Shown here in pieces: positions 43,084-51,755 of a DNA stretch of 51,755 nucleotides. Every line of letters begins with the position of its first letter. Position 1 is the stretch's first letter. The notes beneath the pieces are model-generated. The model ran no database searches, was not told where the DNA came from, and was given only the letters and a program-made list of their open reading frames with translations. Location: positions 1-51,755 of IMG/VR virus record IMGVR_UViG_3300042434_000548; one strand, 5' to 3'. Origin of the DNA: a virus. Its lineage: Duplodnaviria; Caudoviricetes. The position numbers and the translations under genes were made by a program.

Positions 43084-43131
43084 GGGGTTATGTGAGGCTG
43101 CAAGGCGCAGCCGGGAAGGGGGCCACCGCCC

Positions 43132-43368
43132 ATGTTCACCACTACCACTACCCGCCCGGTCAAGTTCCACGGTTGGACGCTCCCGAAGGGCGCTACCGTA
43201 ACGCTCACGCAGGTTCGCGTCGATAAGTACTCGCCTGTTGAGCAATACACGACCGCGAGCGCCACAAGCGCCGACGCGCCGCACGCAATCGCAATCCCCA
43301 CGGACGCGCTCGCCGCAACCTACACAGAACTCGCCACACTCCCGTGGCACACGGAGCATCTTTACTAG
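43132..43368 (+). CDS. Hypothetical protein
   Basis: AAGGGGG RBS; lies between promoter 8 and a terminator. Confidence 0.7.
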   Translation: MFTTTTTRPVKFHGWTLPKGATVTLTQVRVDKYSPVEQYTTASATSADAPHAIAIPTDALAATYTELATLPWHTEHLY

Positions 43369-43384
43369 ATGCCACAAGCGAAAG

Positions 43385-43428
43385 AGCCCCGGCTATGCGA
43401 CCTCCGCGACTCGCAACCGGGGCTTTTT
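43385..43428 (+). terminator. Intrinsic terminator
   Basis: AGCCCCGG...CCGGGGCT followed by TTTT. Confidence 0.75.
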
Positions 43429-43530
43429 CCTGCGATAGAATGAAGTCAGCAACGTGTCCAAAGTGACCCCGCCCTAACGTGACTCGCGTGGTCCCTAGGT
43501 GCCGGGGTTGCCGCGCGCCTAGGGAGCGGA

Positions 43531-43743
43531 ATGTACCGGGTACTCATCGGCATTGACTACGCAGGAAAGCGCGTGGAGCCGGGTACTGTCGTGGACGATC
43601 TTCCCCCTAAGTCTGTGTCGTGGCTTGTTGCTCAGGGCGTTATCGAAAAGGCAGATGTTTCCGTTGTTGCCGATGCTGCGCCTAAGCCTGTTGAGCCTAT
43701 TAAGCCGCGTGAGCCTCAGTCTCCTAGCAAGGGAGGCAAGTAA
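43531..43743 (+). CDS. Small protein preceding the tail tube genes
   Basis: YRVLIGIDY..KRVEPG.VVDDLP..SV.WL..QG.IE. Confidence 0.75.
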   Translation: MYRVLIGIDYAGKRVEPGTVVDDLPPKSVSWLVAQGVIEKADVSVVADAAPKPVEPIKPREPQSPSKGGK

Positions 43744-44463
43744 ATGCCTACTTTCCGTCACGGTAAGCGCACGGTTGTGCTGCTGAATGGCACGGATATG
43801 TCGCCGTTCCTGAACGAAGCGACGCAGACGCAAGAGATCGAAACTGCGGAGACAACCACGTTCGCAGACGACGATAAGACGTACATCACCGGACTAGGCG
43901 ACGGCACGATCTCTACTAGCGGACTGTTCGACGGCACCGCTAACGCATCGAATGATGTTCTGTCCGGCGCTATCGGTCAGGAAGATAACACTTTCACGGT
44001 GCTTCCTGAGGGCGCTACAGCCGGGTCACGATCCATCATCGCTAACGGTCAGTTGACTTCATACGAGGTTTCGTCCCCGGTTGGGGATGTTGTCGCTATT
44101 TCTGCGGAGGTTCAGGCAGACGGCGGCTTGTTCTCAGGGCTCGCGCTGAATGGCCTGCTTAACACGGGCACTTCCGCGTCACTCTCTGGGATTAACGACG
44201 GTGCTGCTACGTCAGGCGGTGGCTTGTTTAACCTTCACGTTACCGATAACACGCGTGATGGTGCCGCCACGGTTAAGGTTCAGCACTCTGCCGACAACGC
44301 AACGTGGGTTGACCTCGTGACGTTTACGGCTGTTTCGGCGTCGTCCACCACGGGCGAGAGCATCACTAGCACGGGCACGGTTAATCAGTATCTCCGTGCA
44401 GCACATTCCCTCGCCGGATCATCCGGCTCTATCACCTATCACGTTTCGGCAGCAAGGAGATAA
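43744..44463 (+). CDS. Tail tube protein paralog with C-terminal beta-sandwich extension
   Basis: MPTFRHGK...ETAETTTF...KTYITGLGD...TSYEVSSPVGDVV plus about 110 extra aa. Confidence 0.8.
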   Translation: MPTFRHGKRTVVLLNGTDMSPFLNEATQTQEIETAETTTFADDDKTYITGLGDGTISTSGLFDGTANASNDVLSGAIGQEDNTFTVLPEGATAGSRSIIANGQLTSYEVSSPVGDVVAISAEVQADGGLFSGLALNGLLNTGTSASLSGINDGAATSGGGLFNLHVTDNTRDGAATVKVQHSADNATWVDLVTFTAVSASSTTGESITSTGTVNQYLRAAHSLAGSSGSITYHVSAARR

Positions 44464-44468
44464 CGAAA

Positions 44469-44897
44469 ATGCCCACCTTCAAGCATGGTAAGAACGCTCA
44501 GTTCCGCATTGACGGAACCGCTGGTTCACTCGTTAATATCAGCGATACGCTCAATGAGATCAGCCTGCCCCGCGAGATTGAGACAGCGGAGACTACCGCT
44601 TTCGGTCAGAACGACAAGACCTACATCACGGGTCTGGGCGACGCCACGATTTCCCTGTCTGGCATGTTCGATGCCACGGTCGATACGCAGATCGCAGGCA
44701 ACATCGCGAACCTTAAGTCCGGTTCGGTTTCCAGCCTCTCGTTTGAGTACGGTCCCGCTGGTTCCGCTTCCGCGCAGCCTAAGTTCACGGGTGAGGCACT
44801 CATCACTTCCTATGAGGTTTCTAGCCCCGTGGGTGATGTTGTGACGTACTCGCTTGAGTTGCAGGTCACGGGCGGCGTTACAGGCACCACGTTCTAA
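44469..44897 (+). CDS. Major tail tube protein
   Basis: MPTFKHGK...ETAETTAF...KTYITGLGD...TSYEVSSPVGDVVTYSLELQVTG; AAGGAG RBS. Confidence 0.88.
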   Translation: MPTFKHGKNAQFRIDGTAGSLVNISDTLNEISLPREIETAETTAFGQNDKTYITGLGDATISLSGMFDATVDTQIAGNIANLKSGSVSSLSFEYGPAGSASAQPKFTGEALITSYEVSSPVGDVVTYSLELQVTGGVTGTTF

Positions 44898-44953
44898 CTA
44901 TTCCGGTTTAGAACTTTCCACGTTCCCTTTGTGGGCCAATGAAAGGAAAAGTA

Positions 44954-45343
44954 ATGGCAGGTTTGCGGGACAAGATTTTTGCCGCTCAGGATATTCCTAC
45001 TGAGGTTGTGAAGATTCCTGAGTGGGGTGTGGATGTTCTCGTGCGCGGTATGAGCGCGGGTGATCGCATCACACTCATGCAGAACGCGTTCGATCAGACA
45101 ACGCAGCAGGTCAACATGAGCATCGTGTACCCGGATGTTGTTGTGGCTTGCACTTACGATCCTGAGTCGGATGAACCCGTGTTTACCGATGCGGATAAGC
45201 CTGCGATTCTGGCAAAGTCAAGCGCGGCAGTTGAGCGTCTGGCGAACGTCGGACTGAGGCTGTCCGGTATCGGCAAGGATGAGCAGGACGCGGCGGGAAA
45301 AGATTCCTCCAAGTCGCAGAACGCAGATTCGTCTACGAACTAG
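44954..45343 (+). CDS. Tail assembly chaperone (gpG-like)
   Basis: EVVKIPEWGVDVLVRGMS...R; position between tube and tape measure. Confidence 0.88.
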   Translation: MAGLRDKIFAAQDIPTEVVKIPEWGVDVLVRGMSAGDRITLMQNAFDQTTQQVNMSIVYPDVVVACTYDPESDEPVFTDADKPAILAKSSAAVERLANVGLRLSGIGKDEQDAAGKDSSKSQNADSSTN

Positions 45344-45498
45344 CGCAGAGGTTGGGGAGGACGGTAGATGAACTCCTATTTGGGGGTCCGGGTCATCGTC
45401 CTCTCTCCTCGCTAGAACTGACGGAGTGGATTGCGCTAGAACATTTGCGCGTGTGGGAGCAAGAGCAGGCGCAGAAAAAAGCGCGAAAGGGTAGGTAG
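45295..45498 (+). other. -1 programmed frameshift (GGGAAAA at 45295-45301) giving a gpGT-like extension ending at 45498
   Basis: The -1 frame reads RFLQVAERRFVYELAQRLGRTVDELL...SSLELTEWIA...KGR*. Confidence 0.88.
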
Positions 45499-45500
45499 TC

Positions 45501-48500
45501 GTGGCTGTCGCTAATGTTGTCGCTAAGTTCGAAGCGGACATTAGTGATGTTCAGGCGAAAATGGCGATGCTGCGCAGCAGTTTCGCGCAAGCAGGAGATT
45601 CCACAGAGGCGCTATCGCAGCGCATGGTGATGCTTGGCAACACGGTTTCGAATGTTGGCAAGCAGATGACGCTTGGTATTACTGCCCCGCTTGCTGCGCT
45701 AGGCGTCATTGCTATTAAGACGCAAAAAGATTTCGAAGTATCCATGAATACGCTTGGCGTAGTTTCGGGTGCTGCTGCTGCTGAAGTGCAGGCACTTAGC
45801 GATTACGCAATGAAAATGGGCGCGGATACTGTTTATTCTGCTGGCGAAGCCGCTAACGCAATGGTGGATTTGGCTAAGTCGGGATTCACGCCTGCGCAGA
45901 TTTCCGGTGGCGGTCTTGCTGCGACTATGGCACTCGCGGCGACAGAGGGCATGGCGCTGACCGATGCCGCTGTAACCGTAGCAAACGCTATGGCTACATT
46001 CGGTCTGGAAGCGAACCAGGCAAGCAGCATTGCCGATGCGCTCGCGGGTGGCGCTAATGCGTCTACTGCATCTGTCGAATCGCTTACGTCTGCTCTGCGT
46101 CAGGTTGGTCCCGGTGCTGTCAATGCCGGGATGTCGTTGCAGGAAACTGTAGCGACGCTTGCTGCGTTCGATGCTGCTGGTATTAAGGGTTCGGATGCTG
46201 GTACGTCGCTTAAGACAATGCTCATGCGGCTTGTGCCGACTTCTCAGGAAGCCGCTGATTCTATGCGGCAATTGGGTATCGACTTCACTAATGCTGACGG
46301 ATCATTTAAGAGCATCACCGAGATCGCGCAGATTCTCCAAAATCGTTTGGGTGGTCTGTCAGAGGCGCAGAGGGTGCAGGCGCTTACGACTATTTTCGGG
46401 GCCGATGCGACACGCGCCGCGACTGTTCTAATGACTGAAGGCGCGTCAGGTCTGCAAACCTATATCGACGGCACTAATCAGTTGGGTGCAGCACAGGAAC
46501 TTGCTAATGCTCGCATGAAGGGTACTGCGGGGACTCTTGAGCAACTGAAGGGCTCTCTGGAAACTGCTGCGCTAGTTATTGGCGAGAATCTGGCACCTAC
46601 TTTCCAGGTGCTAGCGAATCTCGTTAAGTCTGTGACAGACGCGTTCCTTACTTTGCCTAAGCCGTTGCAGCAGATCACGGTTGCTGCTGGTGCGGTTGCC
46701 GCTGCTATGGGACCGATCCTATGGGTCGGCGGGAAAATCCTTGTCCTTATGGCGAGCATGTCGAAGGCGTTCGTTGCCGCGCGTGTGTCGATCACTTTAG
46801 CGTTTAGGCAGATTGCTGCTGGCGCTAAGGCTACTCAGATTCAGATTCAGACTTCCATGATCGCTGCGCGTACTAGCATGGGCGCTTTAGTTGCGGGTGC
46901 GCGTGCCGCTGGCGCTGGTTTCGTTGCCACGTTCCGCACGATGACGGGCGCTATCCGTGGATTCATGGCGGCATTGGGTCCGGTAGGTATTGCGATTATT
47001 GGTGCGTCTGTCGCCTATGAAGTGTTTGTCGGTGCCCAGCAGGAAGCAGAGGACAAGGTTAATAGCCTTACCGATGCGATGAAGGAACAGAACGCGGTCA
47101 TGGGTGAGGCTGTCGCTCTGCAACTGGCGCAGGATTTGCAGGAACTTGCCTACGGTTTCGCTGAGAACACAAAGTTTGTTGACGATCTCGCGGCGCTAGG
47201 TTTGACGCTGGATGAAGTCATCATGGCTTTGATGCAGGGTGGCGACGCTATGCAGCAGTTGACGACGCGCGTTAACGAGGCGGCTGCTGGTAACGATAAG
47301 TTGCGTATGGCGGCAGGTAATGTTATCGGCACGCTGGCGATGGAGAACGAGTCTGTCAATCAGGCGCGAGCGCAGTACGAGTCTTACAACACCGCGAAGG
47401 CGCTCGCTGCCCAAGTTACAGGTCAAGTTGCAGACGCTACTACTGGCCTGACCTCCGCTACTGTGTCAGCCGCTATCGCTGCTGGTGAAGCGATAGCGCC
47501 AACGCAGGGTCTTACCTCATCCATGACGGATCTCGGAACGGCTGTTGGTGAAACAGCAACAGAGATCGACATCATGCGCCAGGAATACAACGAGTGGATC
47601 TCCGTCACCGGACAGATTGCTGCGGTGGATACCGCTGCTGCGTCCATCGATAATCTCGGTGCTGCTTCGGTTGAATTCGGCACGAACCTGATGGGGCAGA
47701 CGCCGAAGGCGCGTGACTTCCGTGGGGAAGTTGTTAAGGCGTTTGAGGATTCTGCTGCTGCTGCCGCGTCGCTATCGGATGACCTGCCGACACAGCGTGC
47801 GATCTTCACCGGGGAACTTATTAAGATCGTTGCTGCCCTGCGCGCTAGTGGCGTCAAGCCTGCCGATATCGAAGCGTTCCTAGGCGCAATGGAAGGTCTG
47901 CCTGCGAGCGTGTCGGACATTATGCGTGGCGCGGCTAAGGCTGTTGGAGACACGGACTTTAAGACGGAAATAGAAAAAGCGTTTAAGAAGTCTGTCAAGG
48001 CGGGTGCGCCGATGACGGCTGACACAATGGCAGAACTGGCTAAGGGCGCTAGCAAGTCGGCTAAGGAAGAATTGGGTCTAACACTTGAGCCGGAACTGGC
48101 GTCGATTATTAAGAGCGGCACAACTGCCCTACGCCCAACCGCATTTAACAATGGACAACAAGTAGGAACGTCTATCGGCTCGGGAACCGCTAACGGTATT
48201 TTGAGTAGTAGCCCTACTGTCGTTGCCGCTATCGAACGCGTAATCGAAAATGCGCATACTGCTGCAAAGGCGAAAGCAGAATCTACGTCGCCGTCTAAGT
48301 TGTTCGCACGATTCGGCGACGATATCGGTGCTGGTATCGCGGTGGGTGTGGCGCGTTCTGGAAGCCGGGTTAATGCTGTGGCGCGCCAACTTGTGCAGAA
48401 CCTTATGCGCGCTGTTAATGCTGCGCTTGCCCCTGCGATGGGTCCGGTGCAGTCCGCAATCGCTGACGTATTCGGCAACATCCCATCGGTGCGTGAGGCG

Positions 48501-50399
48501 GAACGTGCTTTGCAGGATGCGTCGTGGGCTGTCGCTGACGCGCGCGATGCCGTAGTGGATGCCGAGAAGCGGCTAGAGGAAGCGCGCAAGGAAGGCAACG
48601 CGCGCGAGATCGCTAGGGCAGAGCGTGATCTAGCACGGGCACGCCGTGACGTTACTGACGCTACCTCTGCTTTGCGTGACGCACAGGCAGGGCTAGACCT
48701 CGCGAAGTATATTGCGCAGAACAAGCAGGCTGTTAAGGCGCTTGAGCGTTTGGGTAAGCAGTTCGATTACATCGTCGCGAAGATGGAGGAAGTGTCCGGG
48801 GCGCTTACCGAATTGCAGGACTTGACCGCGAAGCCGTTTGGTCAGTCGTCGCAGGTTGCTCGCATGTTCGGTAGCGATACCGATATCGACGGCGTTATCA
48901 GCGGCTACATGCAGTTGCGTGATGTAGTTACTGAGGCGTTCGGGGTGTTGACTGATCCTAAGATTGTCGGCGCTGCTGCTGCTAACGCTAACCGTGATCA
49001 GATGAACGCGACGTTGGGGCAGTTGGAAACACTTACCGCTGAAGCGGTGCAGTTGCGTGAGAGGTATCAGGCGAACCTTGAGCGCATCACGAAACTGGAA
49101 GAGGATTACCAAAAGCAAGTTGAGTCGATTAACGCACGGTACGACGGGTTGGAGGCGGCGGGTAAGGCAAATCTTGCCGCTTTGGAAGAGCGTCTACGCG
49201 GGGTTACCGCTGAGTACGAACGCGAGAACAGCGCCCTGCTGAGTCTCGTTAACGCACGGGATCAGTTCCTCACCCGTTTGGGCGACAGCACCCGCAACTT
49301 CATTAACAACCTGTCGTTCCCGCCCCCAACTACGCGCACGGTGCGTGAGGCGCGCAGGCTTGCTAACGGAATCCTTGTCACGATAGACCGTGAAATTACT
49401 GAGGGCGGCGATTCATCTAGCATCCGTACCGCTCTTGAGCAAAGACTGAACGAATTGCGGTCGTTCTCCGCGAACATTAAGTCCCTGATTCAGCGTGGGC
49501 TTGATCCTGCGCTGGTTCAGGACTTTGTTTCTGCTGGCGTGTCGGGTGCGGGGGATGCGGTTGCGCAACTGGCTAAGGGCACAGATGAGGAACTGCGCGC
49601 GGTTAACGCGGTTCAGTCTGCGTTGGGGCAAGAGATCGCAGATTTCGGTGCTTACGCTGAACAGCAATGGTTCGCTGCGGGGATCGCTCAGCAGGAAGCG
49701 ATTGTTGCTCCGTTGCAGGCGCAAAAGGATGCGCTTGCTCAGTCTGTCGCGGATGCTAAGGCTGCGTTGGATCAGTTGGCAGCGCAACGTCAGGCGGCGT
49801 TGGATAAGGCGCGTTCCACGTTTGAGGCTGAGAAAGCAAAGATCGAAGCGGATAATGCGGCGCTGATTGTTCGCATGGATCGAATTGCGGCGCAGATCGA
49901 AGGAATCATTGCCACGCTTGCCGCATCATTGCCACCCCGAACGGTGCAGGCAGGGCAGGACGCTATGCAGGCGTTGCTTGACGGGTTCCGCAGGAAGTAT
50001 CCGCAGATTGCGCGTGACCTTGGCAAACTTATGGATGCTCTCGCGGCGTCGCTGAACCGCACGATCACGCTCACGGTTCGCACGGTGTATGAGGCAGCCG
50101 GGAGTATGCCTAGGCGCGCGATGGGTGGACCCGTTCAGGCACGCACCGCGTACCTCGTGGGCGAGCGTGGACCGGAAGTGTTCGTGCCTTACGGCAACGG
50201 CAACATTATTCCTAATCACAACCTAGGTTCTGTGCCGTCTATGGGTGCGCGTGGCGTGAGCGGCGCTGGCGCGGTCATTAACATTCAGGTGAACGCGGGT
50301 ATGGGTGCTGACGGTGGGGAGATTGGGCGTCAGGTTGTGGATTCGTTGCGCCAGTACGAACGCCGTAACGGTCCTATCCCGATAAAGGTGGCGGGATGA
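45501..50399 (+). CDS. Tape measure protein
   Basis: 1632 aa, Ala-rich; TP901-like core (GKQMTLGITAPL, GIKGSDAGTSLK, LTTIFGADA); C-terminal GGPV....YLVGERGPE. Confidence 0.95.
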   Translation: MAVANVVAKFEADISDVQAKMAMLRSSFAQAGDSTEALSQRMVMLGNTVSNVGKQMTLGITAPLAALGVIAIKTQKDFEVSMNTLGVVSGAAAAEVQALSDYAMKMGADTVYSAGEAANAMVDLAKSGFTPAQISGGGLAATMALAATEGMALTDAAVTVANAMATFGLEANQASSIADALAGGANASTASVESLTSALRQVGPGAVNAGMSLQETVATLAAFDAAGIKGSDAGTSLKTMLMRLVPTSQEAADSMRQLGIDFTNADGSFKSITEIAQILQNRLGGLSEAQRVQALTTIFGADATRAATVLMTEGASGLQTYIDGTNQLGAAQELANARMKGTAGTLEQLKGSLETAALVIGENLAPTFQVLANLVKSVTDAFLTLPKPLQQITVAAGAVAAAMGPILWVGGKILVLMASMSKAFVAARVSITLAFRQIAAGAKATQIQIQTSMIAARTSMGALVAGARAAGAGFVATFRTMTGAIRGFMAALGPVGIAIIGASVAYEVFVGAQQEAEDKVNSLTDAMKEQNAVMGEAVALQLAQDLQELAYGFAENTKFVDDLAALGLTLDEVIMALMQGGDAMQQLTTRVNEAAAGNDKLRMAAGNVIGTLAMENESVNQARAQYESYNTAKALAAQVTGQVADATTGLTSATVSAAIAAGEAIAPTQGLTSSMTDLGTAVGETATEIDIMRQEYNEWISVTGQIAAVDTAAASIDNLGAASVEFGTNLMGQTPKARDFRGEVVKAFEDSAAAAASLSDDLPTQRAIFTGELIKIVAALRASGVKPADIEAFLGAMEGLPASVSDIMRGAAKAVGDTDFKTEIEKAFKKSVKAGAPMTADTMAELAKGASKSAKEELGLTLEPELASIIKSGTTALRPTAFNNGQQVGTSIGSGTANGILSSSPTVVAAIERVIENAHTAAKAKAESTSPSKLFARFGDDIGAGIAVGVARSGSRVNAVARQLVQNLMRAVNAALAPAMGPVQSAIADVFGNIPSVREAERALQDASWAVADARDAVVDAEKRLEEARKEGNAREIARAERDLARARRDVTDATSALRDAQAGLDLAKYIAQNKQAVKALERLGKQFDYIVAKMEEVSGALTELQDLTAKPFGQSSQVARMFGSDTDIDGVISGYMQLRDVVTEAFGVLTDPKIVGAAAANANRDQMNATLGQLETLTAEAVQLRERYQANLERITKLEEDYQKQVESINARYDGLEAAGKANLAALEERLRGVTAEYERENSALLSLVNARDQFLTRLGDSTRNFINNLSFPPPTTRTVREARRLANGILVTIDREITEGGDSSSIRTALEQRLNELRSFSANIKSLIQRGLDPALVQDFVSAGVSGAGDAVAQLAKGTDEELRAVNAVQSALGQEIADFGAYAEQQWFAAGIAQQEAIVAPLQAQKDALAQSVADAKAALDQLAAQRQAALDKARSTFEAEKAKIEADNAALIVRMDRIAAQIEGIIATLAASLPPRTVQAGQDAMQALLDGFRRKYPQIARDLGKLMDALAASLNRTITLTVRTVYEAAGSMPRRAMGGPVQARTAYLVGERGPEVFVPYGNGNIIPNHNLGSVPSMGARGVSGAGAVINIQVNAGMGADGGEIGRQVVDSLRQYERRNGPIPIKVAG

Positions 50400-51755
50400 C
50401 AACTAGCACGAAGGTTTTTATCTCGTTCCCGACGACTACGCCGGGGCTAGGTAATGACTTTCAGTTAGATGACACGGTGAAGGGCGTGTTGGATTCGCCG
50501 CTGTACACGTTGGGTGGCGGGTCGGAAGTTGCCGTGGATGTTACTAACGATGTGCGTTCCGTTACGGTGCGGCGTGGTAGGTCTTTCCAGTTGGAACAGT
50601 TCCAAGCGGGGCAAGCGAATGTCGTGCTGTCGAATAATGACCGCGACTTTGACCCGACGAATGGACTACAGGCGGGGACGCGCACGAACCTAGTAGTGAA
50701 TCCGTCGTTTGAGACTGGCGTGGCGGGATGGTCTGCGTCAGCGACGGCTCTCACGGTCGCAGGGGCGTCGCTTGTGCAGTCGGCTGAACGGTCCATGTTC
50801 GGGGATTACGGGGCGTCTGTGACCTCCACAGCCACGGGTGACGGCATCCACTACACGCTCACCGGGCTTGCCCCGAACACGACGTATGTTGTGTCGGCGT
50901 ACGCGTACATCTTTGCGGGTGTCGGCGTACAACTGCTTACGCGCGACAGCACTAACGGGGTGAACGGCACCACTAGCGTTACTGCTACGGCGTCGGATTG
51001 GACCCGCATCACTTCCACACTCGCGACGGGCGCGAGCGCAGCGACGGGACTGATCGCGTTTAAGTCGCTGTCTGCTGATTCTCAGTTCATGGTGGATGCT
51101 GTTGTCGCTGAGAGTGCGTCTGCTGGTTTCTACTTTGATGGTTCTGTGGCTGACGGCAGAATCGTTAACGCGAGTGCTGCGTGGACGGGGACGCCTGACG
51201 CGTCCTCATCGTCCCTAACGTATTCGATTCTAGGTACGGGCTCTCCGTACTTCCCGTCTGTGCGTCCTCGCGTGCCCCTTGCTATCACGGTCAATGGGAG
51301 CGCAGCGTTCACGGGGCGTGTGGAGGATTGGGATTTCGATTACAACGTAGCCGGGGATAGTGTCGCGGTGGCTAAGGCTGCTGACGGTTACGCTGAACTT
51401 GCGCGCACGGAAATCTTTTCTCTCACGGCTAGCGTGGAATCTTCCGGTGACCGTATCGACAGGGTGCTAGACCTTGTGGAAGTTAACTGGCCTGCGTCGC
51501 TGCGCGCTATCGACCCCGGCGAAGTAACGCTAGCGAATGCGAGTGTCAGTACATTTCCCGTGAACACGCTTGAGTATCTGCGTAAGGTAGAGCAAGCGGA
51601 GTTCGGGGCGCTGTTCATCGGCAAGGATGGGGTGCTGAACTTTAACGAACGCACATCTGACCGCACCTATACGGCGGTGCAGTTCTCCGATAATGGCGGT
51701 ATCCCGTTCACGGATATTCAGGTTGCCTACGGTACGGAGCAGATTAAAAATCGTG
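50396..51755 (+). CDS. Minor tail (hub/Tal-like) protein, N-terminal part, with inserted carbohydrate-binding-like domain; continues to 561 (about 597 aa total)
   Basis: ATGA coupling to the tape measure; VRRGRS..LEQFQAG..V.L.N.DR.FDP; insert TNLVVNPSFETGVAGW...TYVVSAY...WTRI; open through the window end. Confidence 0.85.
   Translation, partial: MTTSTKVFISFPTTTPGLGNDFQLDDTVKGVLDSPLYTLGGGSEVAVDVTNDVRSVTVRRGRSFQLEQFQAGQANVVLSNNDRDFDPTNGLQAGTRTNLVVNPSFETGVAGWSASATALTVAGASLVQSAERSMFGDYGASVTSTATGDGIHYTLTGLAPNTTYVVSAYAYIFAGVGVQLLTRDSTNGVNGTTSVTATASDWTRITSTLATGASAATGLIAFKSLSADSQFMVDAVVAESASAGFYFDGSVADGRIVNASAAWTGTPDASSSSLTYSILGTGSPYFPSVRPRVPLAITVNGSAAFTGRVEDWDFDYNVAGDSVAVAKAADGYAELARTEIFSLTASVESSGDRIDRVLDLVEVNWPASLRAIDPGEVTLANASVSTFPVNTLEYLRKVEQAEFGALFIGKDGVLNFNERTSDRTYTAVQFSDNGGIPFTDIQVAYGTEQIKNR
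51629..51755. repeat. Terminal overlap, identical to 1-127
   Basis: Exact match. Confidence 0.97.

Noticed and set aside
47423-48724. Long antisense ORFs (also 12209-13264, 22330-23136, 25793-26530 and others)
   Set aside because: These are shadow frames of well-supported genes in GC-rich DNA, with no RBS or recognisable motifs.
1-51755. Stop-codon reassignment
   Set aside because: Core genes are intact in the standard code, and TAA, TAG and TGA all terminate well-supported genes.

Overview
A complete, circularly assembled 51,628-bp genome of a tailed (siphovirus-type) bacteriophage. Bases 1-127 are repeated exactly at 51629-51755, which is an assembly overlap, and one minor tail gene runs across that junction. 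The host is very probably an actinobacterium: the genome carries WhiB, a DUF732 lipoprotein, an r1t-type holin, a GGGAAAA tail-chaperone frameshift and many leaderless TAnnnT promoters. Recognisable modules are head (portal, MuF with a toxin-like extension, XkdF-type protease, scaffold, decoration protein, capsid), neck, tail (two paralogous tube genes, chaperone, tape measure, hub, fibre), lysis, replication/recombination (initiator, Sak/Rad52, Cas4-like nuclease, SSB, RusA, HNH), an inverted terminase pair, and a sugar-modification toolkit (4 glycosyltransferases, 2 NDP-sugar enzymes, a methyltransferase-like gene, 2 2OG-Fe(II) oxygenases). I recognised no integrase, DNA polymerase, tRNA or CRISPR array. 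The most striking non-coding signals lie in four dispersed islands of small genes: (i) eight promoters sharing a 15-bp palindromic operator (RCAG-N7-CTGY) in a 17-bp spacer, with shared upstream boxes and leader hairpins; (ii) repeated gene-junction sequences suggesting cassette shuffling; (iii) a canonical type II hammerhead ribozyme with pseudoknot between two of these genes (42224-42283, minus strand). All protein calls come from motif recognition by eye, not database searches.
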